From contig NC_057754.1 of assembly GCF_004010195.1 (NCBI RefSeq), positions 12,509,553 through 12,573,552 on the forward strand: a DNA stretch of 64,000 nucleotides, written 5' to 3'. The notes under the pieces are model-generated. The model saw only the letters and a list, made by a program, of their open reading frames with translations, ran no database searches and was not told where the DNA came from. Below, in pieces: positions 47,805 to 59,432 of the stretch (positions are counted from its first letter, which is position 1; each line of letters starts with the position of its first letter). This stretch comes from Chiloscyllium plagiosum (Eukaryota). Made by a program: the position numbers and the translations under genes.

Positions 47805-48082
47805 TTAAATCTTGCCAGTATTTAGTGGAGTTAGTTATTCAGCATGAATAGAATCAGAATCCAGGATGCACCACAAGACTGATTCCATGTATAACTGAGT
47901 ATAAGTAGGACAACAGAAACAAAGGAAACACTGGCAGATTTGGGAAACCACCACAGGCTCCAGCAGTGAGACATTTCAGCCATGACCTAAGATTGGAGAA
48001 GGCTGATTTAAATTTCATACAGGTTTTCAAGATCACGAGGGGTCCATACAGAACAGATAGTGAGAAACTGTTCCCACTCATT

Positions 48083-49330
48083 CAGCCTTGGACCTTCGGG
48101 TGACTATCCTCTAAGATGGACTTTGGGACAGGCAGCAGAGAAAAGTGGCCGAGCAGAGGCTGATAGCTAAGTTCGGTACCCATAGGGAGAACCTCAACCG
48201 GGACCTTGGATTCATGTCACATTACAGGTGACCACTATTGCACCATACACACACACACACAGATACTCCTTCTCACACACACACCCTTACCGACACACAC
48301 ACTCCCACATGCACCCCTTCACAGACTTAAGACACTCTGCACTCACTACACACACACACACACTTTCTCACACTCACAACCCCCAACCCAGACAGACACA
48401 CACACACAGACTGACAAAGACCCGCATGCACACATATATTTTGTGGGGTGAATTTGTACTTGCAGGGTTACATTGTACTTTGCTCAAAAACTGTATGAAT
48501 TTATCTAAAACTCCGTTATCTCACTTTTTAGATTAGAATCAATCTAAACATCATGGCACAGACAGAGGACACAGGGGGCCAACACCTTCAACATATTGTC
48601 GAGCTATCACCATTGTTAACAGCTAACCCAAGAATGTAACTTTTTAAAAAAAAGGTTTTGTGATTTACACATGAAAGAAGTGAAACTATCACTGTATTCT
48701 AACAGATGAAAGGCTTAACAGACAATCAATATTTCAATGTATAATTTCAGTTACATCACACAGTAAATTTTTGCTATAAATTCTGTGTTAGGATTGAGCC
48801 CTCCACTATCACCTGGTGAAGAAGTGTCACTCCGAAAGCTTCCAATTAAACCTATTGGACTATAAGAGTAGAAGGTGGTACAGGTGTAATGTCATTAGAT
48901 TCAGATATCTCATACCTCATGGGATGTGGTTTCAAATCCTGTACATGGTCTAATTCAATAAACTCAGGAATTAAAAACGAGATAATTAGTTATTATTGGG
49001 CAGCACAATGGTTAGCACTGCTGCCTCACAGTGCCAGAGACCTGGGTTCAATTCCCACCTCGGGCATCTATCTGTGTGAAGTTTGCACGTCCTCCCAGTG
49101 TCTGCGTGGGTTTCCTCCAGGTGCTCCGGTTTCCTCCCACAGTCCAAAAATGTGCAGGTTAGGTGAATTGGCTATGCTAAATTGCCCGTAGTGTTAGGTG
49201 GATGGGTTGCTCTTCGGAGGGTCGGTGTGGACTGTTGGGCCGAAGGGCCTGTTTCCACACTAAGTAATCTGGTGTTGTGTGATTTTTAACTTTTTACGCC
49301 CCAGTCCAATACCGGCATCTCCAAATTATG
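48083..49330 (+). mobile_element. Penelope-like element 3' end (ORF C-terminus, CA-rich UTR, pLTR), interrupted at about 48866-49268
   Basis: DLRVTIL*..QRKVAEQRLIAKFGTHRENLNRDLGFMSHYR*; 48590-48865 matches 47010-47240; terminus ccagtccaataccggcatctccaaat. Confidence 0.88.
48998..49270 (+). mobile_element. HE1-type SINE
   Basis: Standard head and body with an internal deletion. Confidence 0.9.
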
Positions 49331-51135
49331 TCAGGTATAGACAAGATAGATCGAGTGAATCCTTAGAAGAGTAGAAAGGGAGTAGGAGTAGGAGTACAGT
49401 TAAGAGGGAAATCAGGAGGGCAAAAAGGCGACATGAGATAGCTTTGGCAAATAGAATTAAGGAGAATCCAAAGGGTTTTTACATATACATTAGGGACAAA
49501 AGGGTAACTAGGGAGAGAATAGGGCCCCTCAAAGATCAGTCTTTGAGTGGAGCCACAGAAAATGGGGGGGGAGATACTAAATGAGTATTTTGCATCAGTA
49601 CTTACTGTGGAAAAGGATATGGAAGATATAGAATGTAGGGAAATAGATGATGACACCTTGAAAAATGTCCATATTAGAGAGAAAGAAGTGCTGGATGTCT
49701 TGAAACGCATAAAGCTGGATAAAACTCCAGAACCTGATCAGGTGTATCCCAGAACTCTGTGGGAAGCTAGAGAATTGCTGGGCCTCTTGCTGAGATATTT
49801 GTATCATCAATAGTCACAGTTGAGGTGCCGGAAACCTGCAGGTTGGCTAACATGGTGCTACTATTTAAGAAGGGTGGTAAGAACGAGCCAGGGAACTATT
49901 GACCAGTGAGCCTGATGTCGGTGATGGGCAAGTTGTTGGAGGGAATCCTGAGGGACAGGATGTACATGTATTTGGGAAGGCAAAGACTGATTAGGGATAG
50001 TCAACATGGTTCCCTGGCTTGTTCTTACCACCCTTCTTAAACAATGGCACCACGTTAGCCAACCTCCAGTCTTCCGACTGGCTCAAAGGTAGAAGACAGA
50101 GGGTGGGGGTGGAGGGTAGTTGTTCACACTGGAGGTCTGTGACCAGTGCCACTAGGATCGGTGCTTGGTCCTCTACTTCTTGTCATTTATATAAATTATT
50201 CGAATGCAAGCATAAGAGGTACAGTTAGTAAGTTTGCAGATGATACCAAAATTGGAGGTGTGGTGGACAGCAAAGAAGGTTTACCTCAGATTACAACAGG
50301 ATCTTGATCAGATGGGCCAATGGGCTGAGAAGTGGCAGATGAAGTTTAATTCAGATAAATGTGAGGTGCTGCATTTTGGGAAAGCAAATCAGAGCAGGAC
50401 ATATACACTTAATGGTAAAAGTCCTAGGGAGTGTTGCTGAACAAAAAGACCTTGGAGTGCAAATTCATAGCTCCTTGCAAGTGGAGTCACAGGTAGATAG
50501 GACAGTGAAGGCGGCGTTTAGTGCGCTTTCCTTTATTGGTCAGAGTATTGAGTACATGTGTTGGGAGGTCATGTTGCAGCTGTACAGGTCACTGTTGGAA
50601 TATTGCGTGCAATTCTGGTCTCCTTCCTATCGGAAAGATATTGTGAAACTTGAAAGGGTTCAGAAACTATTTACAAGGATGTTGCCAGGGTTGGAGGATT
50701 TGAGTGATAAGGAGAGGCTGAACAGGCTGGGGCTGTTTTCCCTGCAGCATTGGAGGCTGAGGGGTGACCTCAGAGGTTTACAAAATTATGAGGGGCATGG
50801 ATAGGATAAGTAGACAAAGTCTTTTCCCTGAGATTGGGAAGTCCAGAACTAGACGGCATAGGTTTAGGGTAAGAGGGGAAAGATATAAAAAGAGACCTAA
50901 GGGGCAACTTTTTGAAACAGAGGGTGGTACGTGTATGGAATAAGCTGCCAGAGGAAGTGGTGGAGGCTGGTACAATTGCAACATTTAAAAGGCATTTGGA
51001 TGGGTATATGAATAGGAAGGGTTAGGAGGGATATGGGCCGGGTGCTGGCAGGTGGGACTAGATTGGGTTGTTGGGATATCTGGTCGGCATGGACCAAAGC
51101 GTCTGTTTCTATGCTGTACATTTCTATGACTCTAA
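49331..51135 (+). mobile_element. Young CR1 ORF2 3' part with an inverted internal patch (50009-50076)
   Basis: Colinear with 20676-22624 except for the patch; tail tctatgactcta. Confidence 0.93.
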
Positions 51136-51608
51136 TTCTGTGATTCACAATTGCTCATTGAATCTCCACACAGTCAGTCAGTTATGAATGTGGTGCTAAT
51201 GTCTGATATTCTGTCTGTTTGCTGAACTATGATGTTCAGCAATTTTGAGAGAATGAGTGACTAAAGTCAATTATCAAACACATTGCTGTCTCTAGACACT
51301 TTTTTTTTTAAAAAAAAGCTTTAGAAATTATCTAAAGCAGAATTTGGAGGGAGAACGTGCAACACAGATTTTTAACTTTGAGGGAAACAAAGGAAAAATC
51401 TTTAACAGAAACTGGATTTGCCTGGCAAAATTCCTATTCTATATGTGCAGAGTTGAATTTTGTAAACTCTTTGTCTATTGGATTAGAAAGAGAGGATTTG
51501 CTGATGGGAAACTTAGACATCATTCTGACATCTGAGAGAGCCAATTGATTGTAAGGTAACATTCAGTTCCTGATGAATGTGTTCATCTGAAAAGAATTCA
51601 AACTTCAG

Positions 51609-51871
51609 CATTACTCATGAACTTGTTGGTGTTTCAGGAGGTTGGATTTCACAAATCCCTTCCCACATTTCAGTGCAGGTGTATGGTCTCTCTCCAGTGT
51701 GAGATCGCTGGTGTACAGTGAGTCGGGTTAACCACTTAAAACCAACCCCACAATGAGAGCACCTGAATGGTCTCTCATCAGTGTGAACACGTTGATGGGT
51801 CACCAGATCTGCAGAGATTTTATAACACTTCCCACATTCTGGACATTGAAATAGTCTCTCTTCAGTGTGGA
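51609..51871 (-). pseudogene. Duplicated last three zinc fingers plus stop of the adjacent ZNF
   Basis: Near-identical to 52412-52676 with a 3-nt deletion and a 1-nt insertion. Confidence 0.9.
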
Positions 51872-52130
51872 AGCAAGCATTTGGCCCAATATGTCCGCAC
51901 CAACACTCTGGAGTGCATCCCGTTATCCTGTAACCCTAAATTTCCCATGGCTGGCCCATACATCCCTGAACACTGTGAGCAAGCCACTTCACCAGCACTG
52001 CTTTGGACTGTGGAAGGAAGTACAAACACGTGGGGAGAATGTGAAAACTCCACACAAACAGTCATCAAGGCTGGTGTTGAACCCAGGTTCTTGGTGCAGT
52101 GAGGCATCAGTGCTTATCATAGTGCCACTC
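51872..52130 (-). mobile_element. Diverged HE1-type SINE
   Basis: ctttggactgtggaagg...gagaatgtgaaaactccacacaaacagtc...gtgaggcatcagtgct. Confidence 0.75.
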
Positions 52131-52413
52131 TACTGGAAAAACTTTACTGGGAAGGGAATTCCACATACTCTCATATCTTAGAGATTACAGATATTAAAAC
52201 GGACTGATACAATGCAGTTAACACAAAGTGGATTTATTTCACTGTCACTACAGCAGAAACAGGTCCCAATAGACATCATTCGACCATCAATTGACAAAAA
52301 CAATTAAACTCTTTGGCAAGCTCCATAGAAGGTGGGACTTGAAACCAGACCTTCTGGCTGAGAGGTAGGTACACTATGAAGCAGGGAGATGTTCACAGTA
52401 AAAAAAAAAGTCA

Positions 52414-53451
52414 TTACTCATGAATTTGTTGGTGTTTCAGGAGGTTGGATTTCACAGCAAATCCCTTCCCACATTCGGTGCAGGTGTATGGTCTCTCTCC
52501 AGTGTGAGATCGCTGGTGTACAGTGAGTCGGGTTAACCACTTAAAACCAGCCCCACAATGAGAGCACCTGAATGGTCTCTCATCAGTGTGAACACGTTGA
52601 TGGGTCACCAGATCTGCAGAGATTTTATAACACTTCCCACATTCTGGACACTGAAAAGGTCTCTCTTCAGTGTGGACTTGCTGATGTTTCAGCAGATTGG
52701 ATTTCTGAGCAAATGCCTTCCCACACTCAGTGCAGGTGTATGGCCTCTCCCCAGTATGAGATCGCTGGTGTACAGTGAGTTGGGATGACCACTTGAACCC
52801 ACTCCCACAGTGAGAGCATCTGAATGGTCTCTCATCAGTGTGAACACGTTGATGGGACATCAGGGCCCCAGAACTTTTATAGCACTTGGCACAGTACGGG
52901 CATTTAAAAGGTCTGTCCTCTGCGTGAATTCGTTGGTGTTTGAGCAGGGTGGATTTCTGAGCAAATCCCTTCCCACATTGGGAGCAGGTGAATGGTCTCT
53001 CCCCAGTATGAATCCGCTGGTGATTATGGAGGTCACATGATTGTCTGAACCCAGTCCCACAGTGAGAGCACATGAAGGGTCTCTCGTCACCATGAACACG
53101 CTGATGGAATTTCAGGGCCCCAGAGCTTTTATAGCACTTGGCACACTCTGGACATTTATAAGGTCTCTCCTCTGTGTGAAACTGCTGGTGACTCAGCAGG
53201 ATTGATTTCCGAGCAAATGTCTTCCTACATTGGGAGCAGGTGAATGGTCTGTCCCCAGTGTGAATCCGTTGATGTTCAATGAGGTCAGATGATTGTTTGA
53301 ACCCAGCCCCACAGTGAGAGCATATGAAGGGTCTCTCATCACTGTGAACACGTTGATGGGATACCAGCGCCCCAGAGTTTTTAAAGCACTTCCCACATTC
53401 TGGGCATTTAAAAGGTCTGTCCTCTGTGTGAACTTCCTGGTTTTTCAGCAT
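52414..53451 (-). CDS. C2H2 zinc-finger protein, 345 aa, 12 tandem fingers, no effector domain visible
   Basis: Uninterrupted ORF; 12 x C-x2-C-x12-H-x3-H with TGERPF-type linkers; lies in an exon with acceptor at 53727; ATG in CCACCATG context. Confidence 0.85.
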   Translation of the reverse strand: MLKNQEVHTEDRPFKCPECGKCFKNSGALVSHQRVHSDERPFICSHCGAGFKQSSDLIEHQRIHTGDRPFTCSQCRKTFARKSILLSHQQFHTEERPYKCPECAKCYKSSGALKFHQRVHGDERPFMCSHCGTGFRQSCDLHNHQRIHTGERPFTCSQCGKGFAQKSTLLKHQRIHAEDRPFKCPYCAKCYKSSGALMSHQRVHTDERPFRCSHCGSGFKWSSQLTVHQRSHTGERPYTCTECGKAFAQKSNLLKHQQVHTEERPFQCPECGKCYKISADLVTHQRVHTDERPFRCSHCGAGFKWLTRLTVHQRSHTGERPYTCTECGKGFAVKSNLLKHQQIHE

Positions 53452-53784
53452 GGTGGATATCGAGTAAATCCTTTCTCGAACTCAGGATAGACGAATGGCC
53501 TCCCCTCACTGTGACTGTATTTATGTTGTGACAGGGCAGATGACCTGCTGAAGCCTTGTCCACAGTACAACATGTGGATAGTTTCTCCCCACAGTGAATA
53601 GTGCATTTTCCTTCACGTTCAAAATCCAACGATATTCAGACAACCATAAACTGGGCAACTCTGTCAGACCTTCAAGAAATGTTTGGTTTCAAGTTTCCTC
53701 ACTGCAAATTTTCCTCTTCTAATGTCCTGTGAAATCAGTTGAAAGAAGTAAAAACAGAAGCAAGTGAGAACCCAGAAAAAGAAA

Positions 53785-55145
53785 TAGATGATAAATGAAG
53801 GAATAGAAGTCGGCAAATCAACCAGAGTCTGCTCTCACCATTCAATGAGATTAGGGCTGATCTAATAATCCTTAGATTCACTTCCCTGCCATATCTCCTC
53901 ACCCTTGATTCAAATATTGATTAAAAGCTGTTTCTGTCAGCCTTGGAAAGACTTAGCAGCCAGTCTCTACAGCGCTCCAGAGTGAGGAATTCCATAGATC
54001 CACTACCATGAGAGAAGGAATTCCTCCACATCTGCCTTAAATAGGTGACTCCATATTCTGTGATGATGTCCTTCCTCAACTCAAAACAAGGAGAATCATT
54101 CTCTCTGAACCTGTCTTGTCAAGTCCCTCAGAATGTTATGTCTTTCTGTAAAGTCTTCTCTCATTCTTCTAAACTCAATGAGTACAGGAGCAGTCGGCTC
54201 AATCTCAGCGCCTGAGAAAATTCTCCCACGTCTGGGATCAATCTTGTTAAAATTCTCTGGACCATCTTTCTTAAAATAGAGGGACTAAAACTGTTCACAG
54301 TATTCTAGGTGTGATTGACGAGTGTCATGTATAGTTTTAACAACATTGTGGGCCAAAGGGCCTGTTCGTGCTGTACTTTTCTATGTTCTAACACATTCCC
54401 ATTCTCTTTAAATGAAGGCCAACAGAACATTTCCCTTTCCGATTACATGTTGAACCTGGATGCTAGTTTTTTATCTTGCAAGGACCCACAATTAACTGTG
54501 TGCTGCAGCTTTCTGCAGTGGATTTCCCTAGTTAAATAATATTCAAATCCATTAGTCTTCCTGCTGCAATGCATAAACCTCAATTTTTTCCCCAAAGTAA
54601 ATTCCGCCGAGTTTTTGTCTGTTGCTTATTCTGTTTCTATTTGTCTGTAAATTTGTTATGCCATCTAATTTGTATCATCTCCAAACTTGATGACAGTACA
54701 TTCATTTCCATCTTCTGGGTGATTAGTACATGCAGTCAATAAACTGTCACCCCAGTATTGGTGTGTCTGGGACTCCATAACTTACAATTTGGCATCTTGA
54801 AAATGCCCTCTTAATCTCTACTCTCTGCATTCAATTCATAAACTAATCCTTATCAATAGGTTTGACTAATACATACTCCCAAAAGTGTGGGTTCATGGCT
54901 TCTTATCTGAAGTCATCTCATTTTAAACACTGTACTGAATATTTTTTGGAAATCTAAATATATTTGATCTATTGATTTCCCCCTTATGTATTTTGCTTGT
55001 TACGTCCTGAAAATATTTTAATAAACTTGTCAGCTGTGCTTTCCCCTTCAGAAAATCATGCTGACTCTACTTGATTCTTTAATGTACTTCTAAATGCTCT
55101 GTAATTCCAACTTTAATAACAGTATCTGACATTTTCCTAATGACA
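53785..55145 (-). mobile_element. Old CR1 in the ZNF intron (with a plus-strand CR1 tail scrap at about 54340-54390)
   Basis: Tail-type start aggaatagaagtcggc and decayed RT blocks. Confidence 0.75.
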
Positions 55146-55359
55146 AACCAGGTTGTGAAATTGAGCTGAATATGTAGGGCTGGGCACTCACAAAAGGTGA
55201 CTATGAAAGCTACCAATTATCATCATAACACAAATGGTTCACAAATCTCCTTGAGGGAGGAAACCTGCCAACTGGTCTGGTCAGAGAAACGCTGACCTCC
55301 ATGGAGGTGTAGAACATGGCGATAGTGCATGACAGGGGTATTATCAACAAACAGTTGGT

Positions 55360-55685
55360 GGGCGGCACGGTGGCACAGTGGTTAGCATTGCTGCCTCGCA
55401 GCGCCAGAGACCCGGATTCAATTCCCGCCTCAGGCGACTGACTGTGTGGAGTTTGCACGTTCTCCCCGTGTCTGCGTGGGTTTCCTCCGGGTGCTCCGGT
55501 TTCCTCCCACAGTCCAAAGATGTGCAGGTCAGGTGAATTGGCCATGCTAAATTGCCCATAGTGTTAGGTAAGGGGTAAATGTAGGGTGGGTTACGCTTCA
55601 GTGGGTCGGTGTGGACTTGTTGGGCCGAAGGGCCTGTTTCCACACAGTAAAGTAATCTAATCTAATCTAATCTAAAGTAATCTAA
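55360..55685 (+). mobile_element. Young HE1-type SINE
   Basis: gggcggcacggtggcacagtggttagc head with CpGs retained; long (TAATC)n tail. Confidence 0.95.
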
Positions 55686-57544
55686 AGTTAAACCATAACT
55701 TTAGCAAAACCTCCCGATGCAGCCCCTTACATCACCATGAAGGACCAAGGGACCAGGCGTATGTGACCATCACCACCTCGCAGTTTCTTCTCGGTCACAA
55801 TGCCCTGACATCCAGTGCTGGATGAATAGAAATTTCCTCCAAATTAATCTCCAACTTGGGAGCATACTCTGTGCAGGAGAGATATGTGGCATCACCTCGA
55901 TACTAAAAAGGTGGTAACAGTTTGGAACTTTGTCCCAAAAATGGCAGTTGATGCTCAATCACTAATTGTTCGTTTTAAATCTGAGACAGATAAACTTTTG
56001 TTAAACAAAGGTTTTCAGGGATATACCCAAAGGTAGGTATATGAAGTTAGGCCTTTGTAAACCTTAAGACTGAATGACCCTAACACACTTCTGAACCACC
56101 TCCCACTTTCAACCTCCCTATAACCTCAGCTCACCCAACACTACGCTGCCCGTGCGCTCACCCACACAGAGTCTTGTTCTCCTCACCTTGAGCACACTGA
56201 CCTGAACAGCTTTCCAGATGAAAAAAAAAAATCAACATTTAAAAAAATGTTCTTGTCCTTGTTTGACATCCCTCTATGATAGCGATCATTCCCATCTATG
56301 TAATCGCTACCTCAAATTCTATCAGTGTTCAGGGCCAGAGGGTATTGACTATAAGTGAAGCAGGTAGATGGAAGCAGAGGCTAGTGCTGAAGAAGTCTTA
56401 GCTCTTCAGCGTGTCTAACAGGTTTGAGATTCTTGCTATGTGTGTGAATGAGCGTGTGGGCTGAAGGGAGGATGCGCAAAGTGACCACTGCACTGTGATA
56501 GAAGGGGCCATTCAAGAGAAACATATGTCTAAATCAGGAATAGTGTAATCAGAGCAACAGAGACTCTTTCCTGTTGCCCCAAAGGCTGTGCTGTCTGCCT
56601 GGTGCCCAACTTCAGAACGTTCATCTAGGCTGCAAAGGAACTTGGGAGTGGGAGGGGAACGATCCAGTTGTTGCTACAGGTAGAAAGAGAAAAGAGGGTC
56701 TGCTGAAGGAATATGAGCAGCTCAGGGCCAAATTAGAAAACAGAACCAAAAACGCAATAATTTCTGGATTACTGCCTGATCCATAAGCAAATGGCATCGG
56801 CTCAGTAAACCTCAAGAGGTAAATGTGTGGCTGCAATATCGATGTGGGAGAAATGGGTTTGATTTCATTGGATATTGGTGTTAATACTGGGGAAGGACAG
56901 AACCGATGGGATGGGCTTCACCTGAATGATGCTGGGGCCAAGTCCTGGTGAGTAGCATAACTCTTATCTGTGGATAGGGCTTTAAATAAAATCATGGGCA
57001 TTGGTTTCAGGCGCACAGAAAATGATGGGAAGTCTTAAAGTGGGAGGGGAGAGGAGCTCAGCACAGGCTAAAGTTTCTACAACACGTAATAGGACAGAAA
57101 GTATGGAAAGGATCAGGCACAGCAGATAAGGAAACAACTATGAGAAGGCGGGCAGTCACCACAGGACTGAGGGGGTTGTACCTAAATGTACACAATATAT
57201 GAAACAAGGTAAATTAGCTTCTGGCACAGATTGAAATTGGCATGTGCAATGTTGCAGGTATCACAGACGTTGCTGCAAAGGAATTAGGGTTGGAAACGAA
57301 ATATCCAAGAATACATACTTTATGAAGTGACAGGCAGATGGGCAGAGGGGGCGGGGCTACCTTGTTAGTAATAAATAAAATTAAATTGACAGCAAGGATG
57401 GAAACAGAATCAGAAGGTGTAGAATTCGTGTGGCGAGAGTGAAGGAAACAAAGGAAAAAAGACCCTGTTGGAACTTGTGTACAAGCCTCTCAGCAGTCGT
57501 CAGGATATGGGAAAGAAAATAAATCAGGAGATAGAAAATGTTAG

Positions 57545-58620
57545 AAAGGTGTACAAAATAATGAGAGGAATAGATAGAGTCAAAGGCCAGAGATCTTTCA
57601 CCAGGGCAGGATTGACTGGTACGAGAAGTCATGGTTTGAAGATATTAGGAGAAAGGTATAAAGGAGACGTCAGAGATAGGTTGGGAAAAGTTGATAGGCA
57701 GGGAGATCTGTGAGTGCAGGTCCATTGTACCCTGAAGGTTGCTGCACACGTGGATAGAGTGGTCAAGAAGGCATATAGTATGCTTGCCTTCATCGGACGG
57801 GGTATTGAGTATAAGAGCTGGCAAGTCATGTTAAAATTGTACAAGATATTGGTTCGGCCGCATTTAGAATACTGTGTACAGTTCTGGGCCACACATTACC
57901 AAAAGGATGTGGACGCTTTGGAGAGGGTGCAGAGAAGGTTTACGAGGATGTTGCCTGGTATGGAAGGTGCTAGCTATGAAGAGAGGTTGAGTAGGTTAGG
58001 TTTATTTTCACGAGAAAAAAGGAGATTGAGGGGGGACCTGATTGAGGTTTACAAAATCATGAAGGGTATAGACAGGGTGAAGAGAGACAAGCTTTTTCCC
58101 AGGGTGAAGGATTCAATAACGAGAGGTTATGCTTTCAAAGTGACAGGTGGAAAGTTTAAGGGGGATACACGCAGTAAGTACTTCACAGAGAGGGTGGTGG
58201 GCGTTTGGAATACGTTGCCAGCAGAGGTGGTAGAGGCAGGTATGGTAGATTCATTTAAGGTGCGTCTGGACAGATGCATGTGTAGGTGGGGAGCATAGGA
58301 ATACAGATGCTTAGGAATTGACCGACAGGTTTAGACAGTACATTTGGATAGGGTCAGGCTTGTTGGACCGAAGGGCCTGTTCCTGGGCTGTAAATTTTCT
58401 TTGTTCTTTATGCAGAGTGTAGTGAATGCATGGAATGCGTTGCCAGCTGTGGTGGTAGAAGCAGAGTCATTAGGGACATTTAAGCAACTGCTGGACATGC
58501 ACACGAGTTGAGGGGTGGGTAGGTTAAGTTACTACACTTTACATTAGGATTAAATCGCAGCACAACATTGTGGGCCAAAGGGCCTGTTCTGTGCTGTACT
58601 TTTCTATGTTCTATGTTCTA
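57545..58620 (+). mobile_element. CR1 3' fragment (57545-57680, 58410-58620) containing a second CR1 3' fragment (57681-58409)
   Basis: Inner 194-aa [16 protein letters not shown]...; two different tails, ttctttgttcttt and ctatgttctatgttcta. Confidence 0.9.
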
Positions 58621-58739
58621 AACACACTACTGCAATAATGATGGGGGATTCCAATATGCAGGTGGACTGGGAAAATCAGGTTGGAATGTCAACAAGGTTT
58701 TCTTGGAGCAGGTTGTGGTAGAGCTCACGGAGGAACAGT

Positions 58740-58897
58740 GGGTGGCACGGTGGCTCAGTGGTTAGCACTGCTGCCTCACAGCGCCGGGAACCCAGGTTTG
58801 ATTCCAATCTCAGGCGACTGTCTGTATGGAGTTTGCACATTCTTCCCTTGTTTGCTTCAGTTTCCTCCCATAGTACAAAGATGTGCAGGTCAGGTGA
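58740..58897 (+). mobile_element. 3'-truncated HE1-type SINE
   Basis: Head gggtggcacggtggctcagtggttagc, ends caggtcaggtga. Confidence 0.85.
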
Positions 58898-59082
58898 CGG
58901 TAAAGGTAAAGGTACCCTTGGGAGGCAGTGACCATAAACATAATAGAGTTCACCCTGCAGTTCGAAGAGGAGAAGACTGAATCAGATGTAACGCTATTGT
59001 GGAAAAATAATTACAAAGGTATGTAGTCGGAGCTGGCCACGATTGATTGGAAGGGGGAGCCAGACAGGGAAAACAGTGGATT

Positions 59083-59432
59083 ATAGAATCCCTCCAGAGT
59101 GTAAACAGGCCATTTGTCCCAACACATCCACACCAACCCTCCGAATAGTAACCAACCCAGACCCATTCCTCGACATTATTACTCCACATATCCCCTGACT
59201 AATGCACCTAGCCTACACATTCCTAAACACCACGGGCAATTCGACATGGCCAATTCACCCCAACCTACTCACCTTTAGATTGTGGGAGGAAACCGGAGCA
59301 CCTGAAGGAAACCCAGGCAGACACGATAGAATGTGCAAACTCCATACAGACAGTTGCCTGAAGCTGGAATTGATCCCGGGTCCTTGTCACTGTGAGGCAG
59401 CAGAGACAACCACTGAGCCATCATGCTGCCAC
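59083..59432 (-). mobile_element. HE1-type SINE
   Basis: Standard body, atagaatccct tail variant. Confidence 0.88.

Noticed and set aside
52320..52380. Additional tRNA gene
   Set aside because: Only a partial B-box-like SINE head; no cloverleaf
52558..53490. Plus-strand ORFs over the ZNF
   Set aside because: Antisense shadows of the finger repeat
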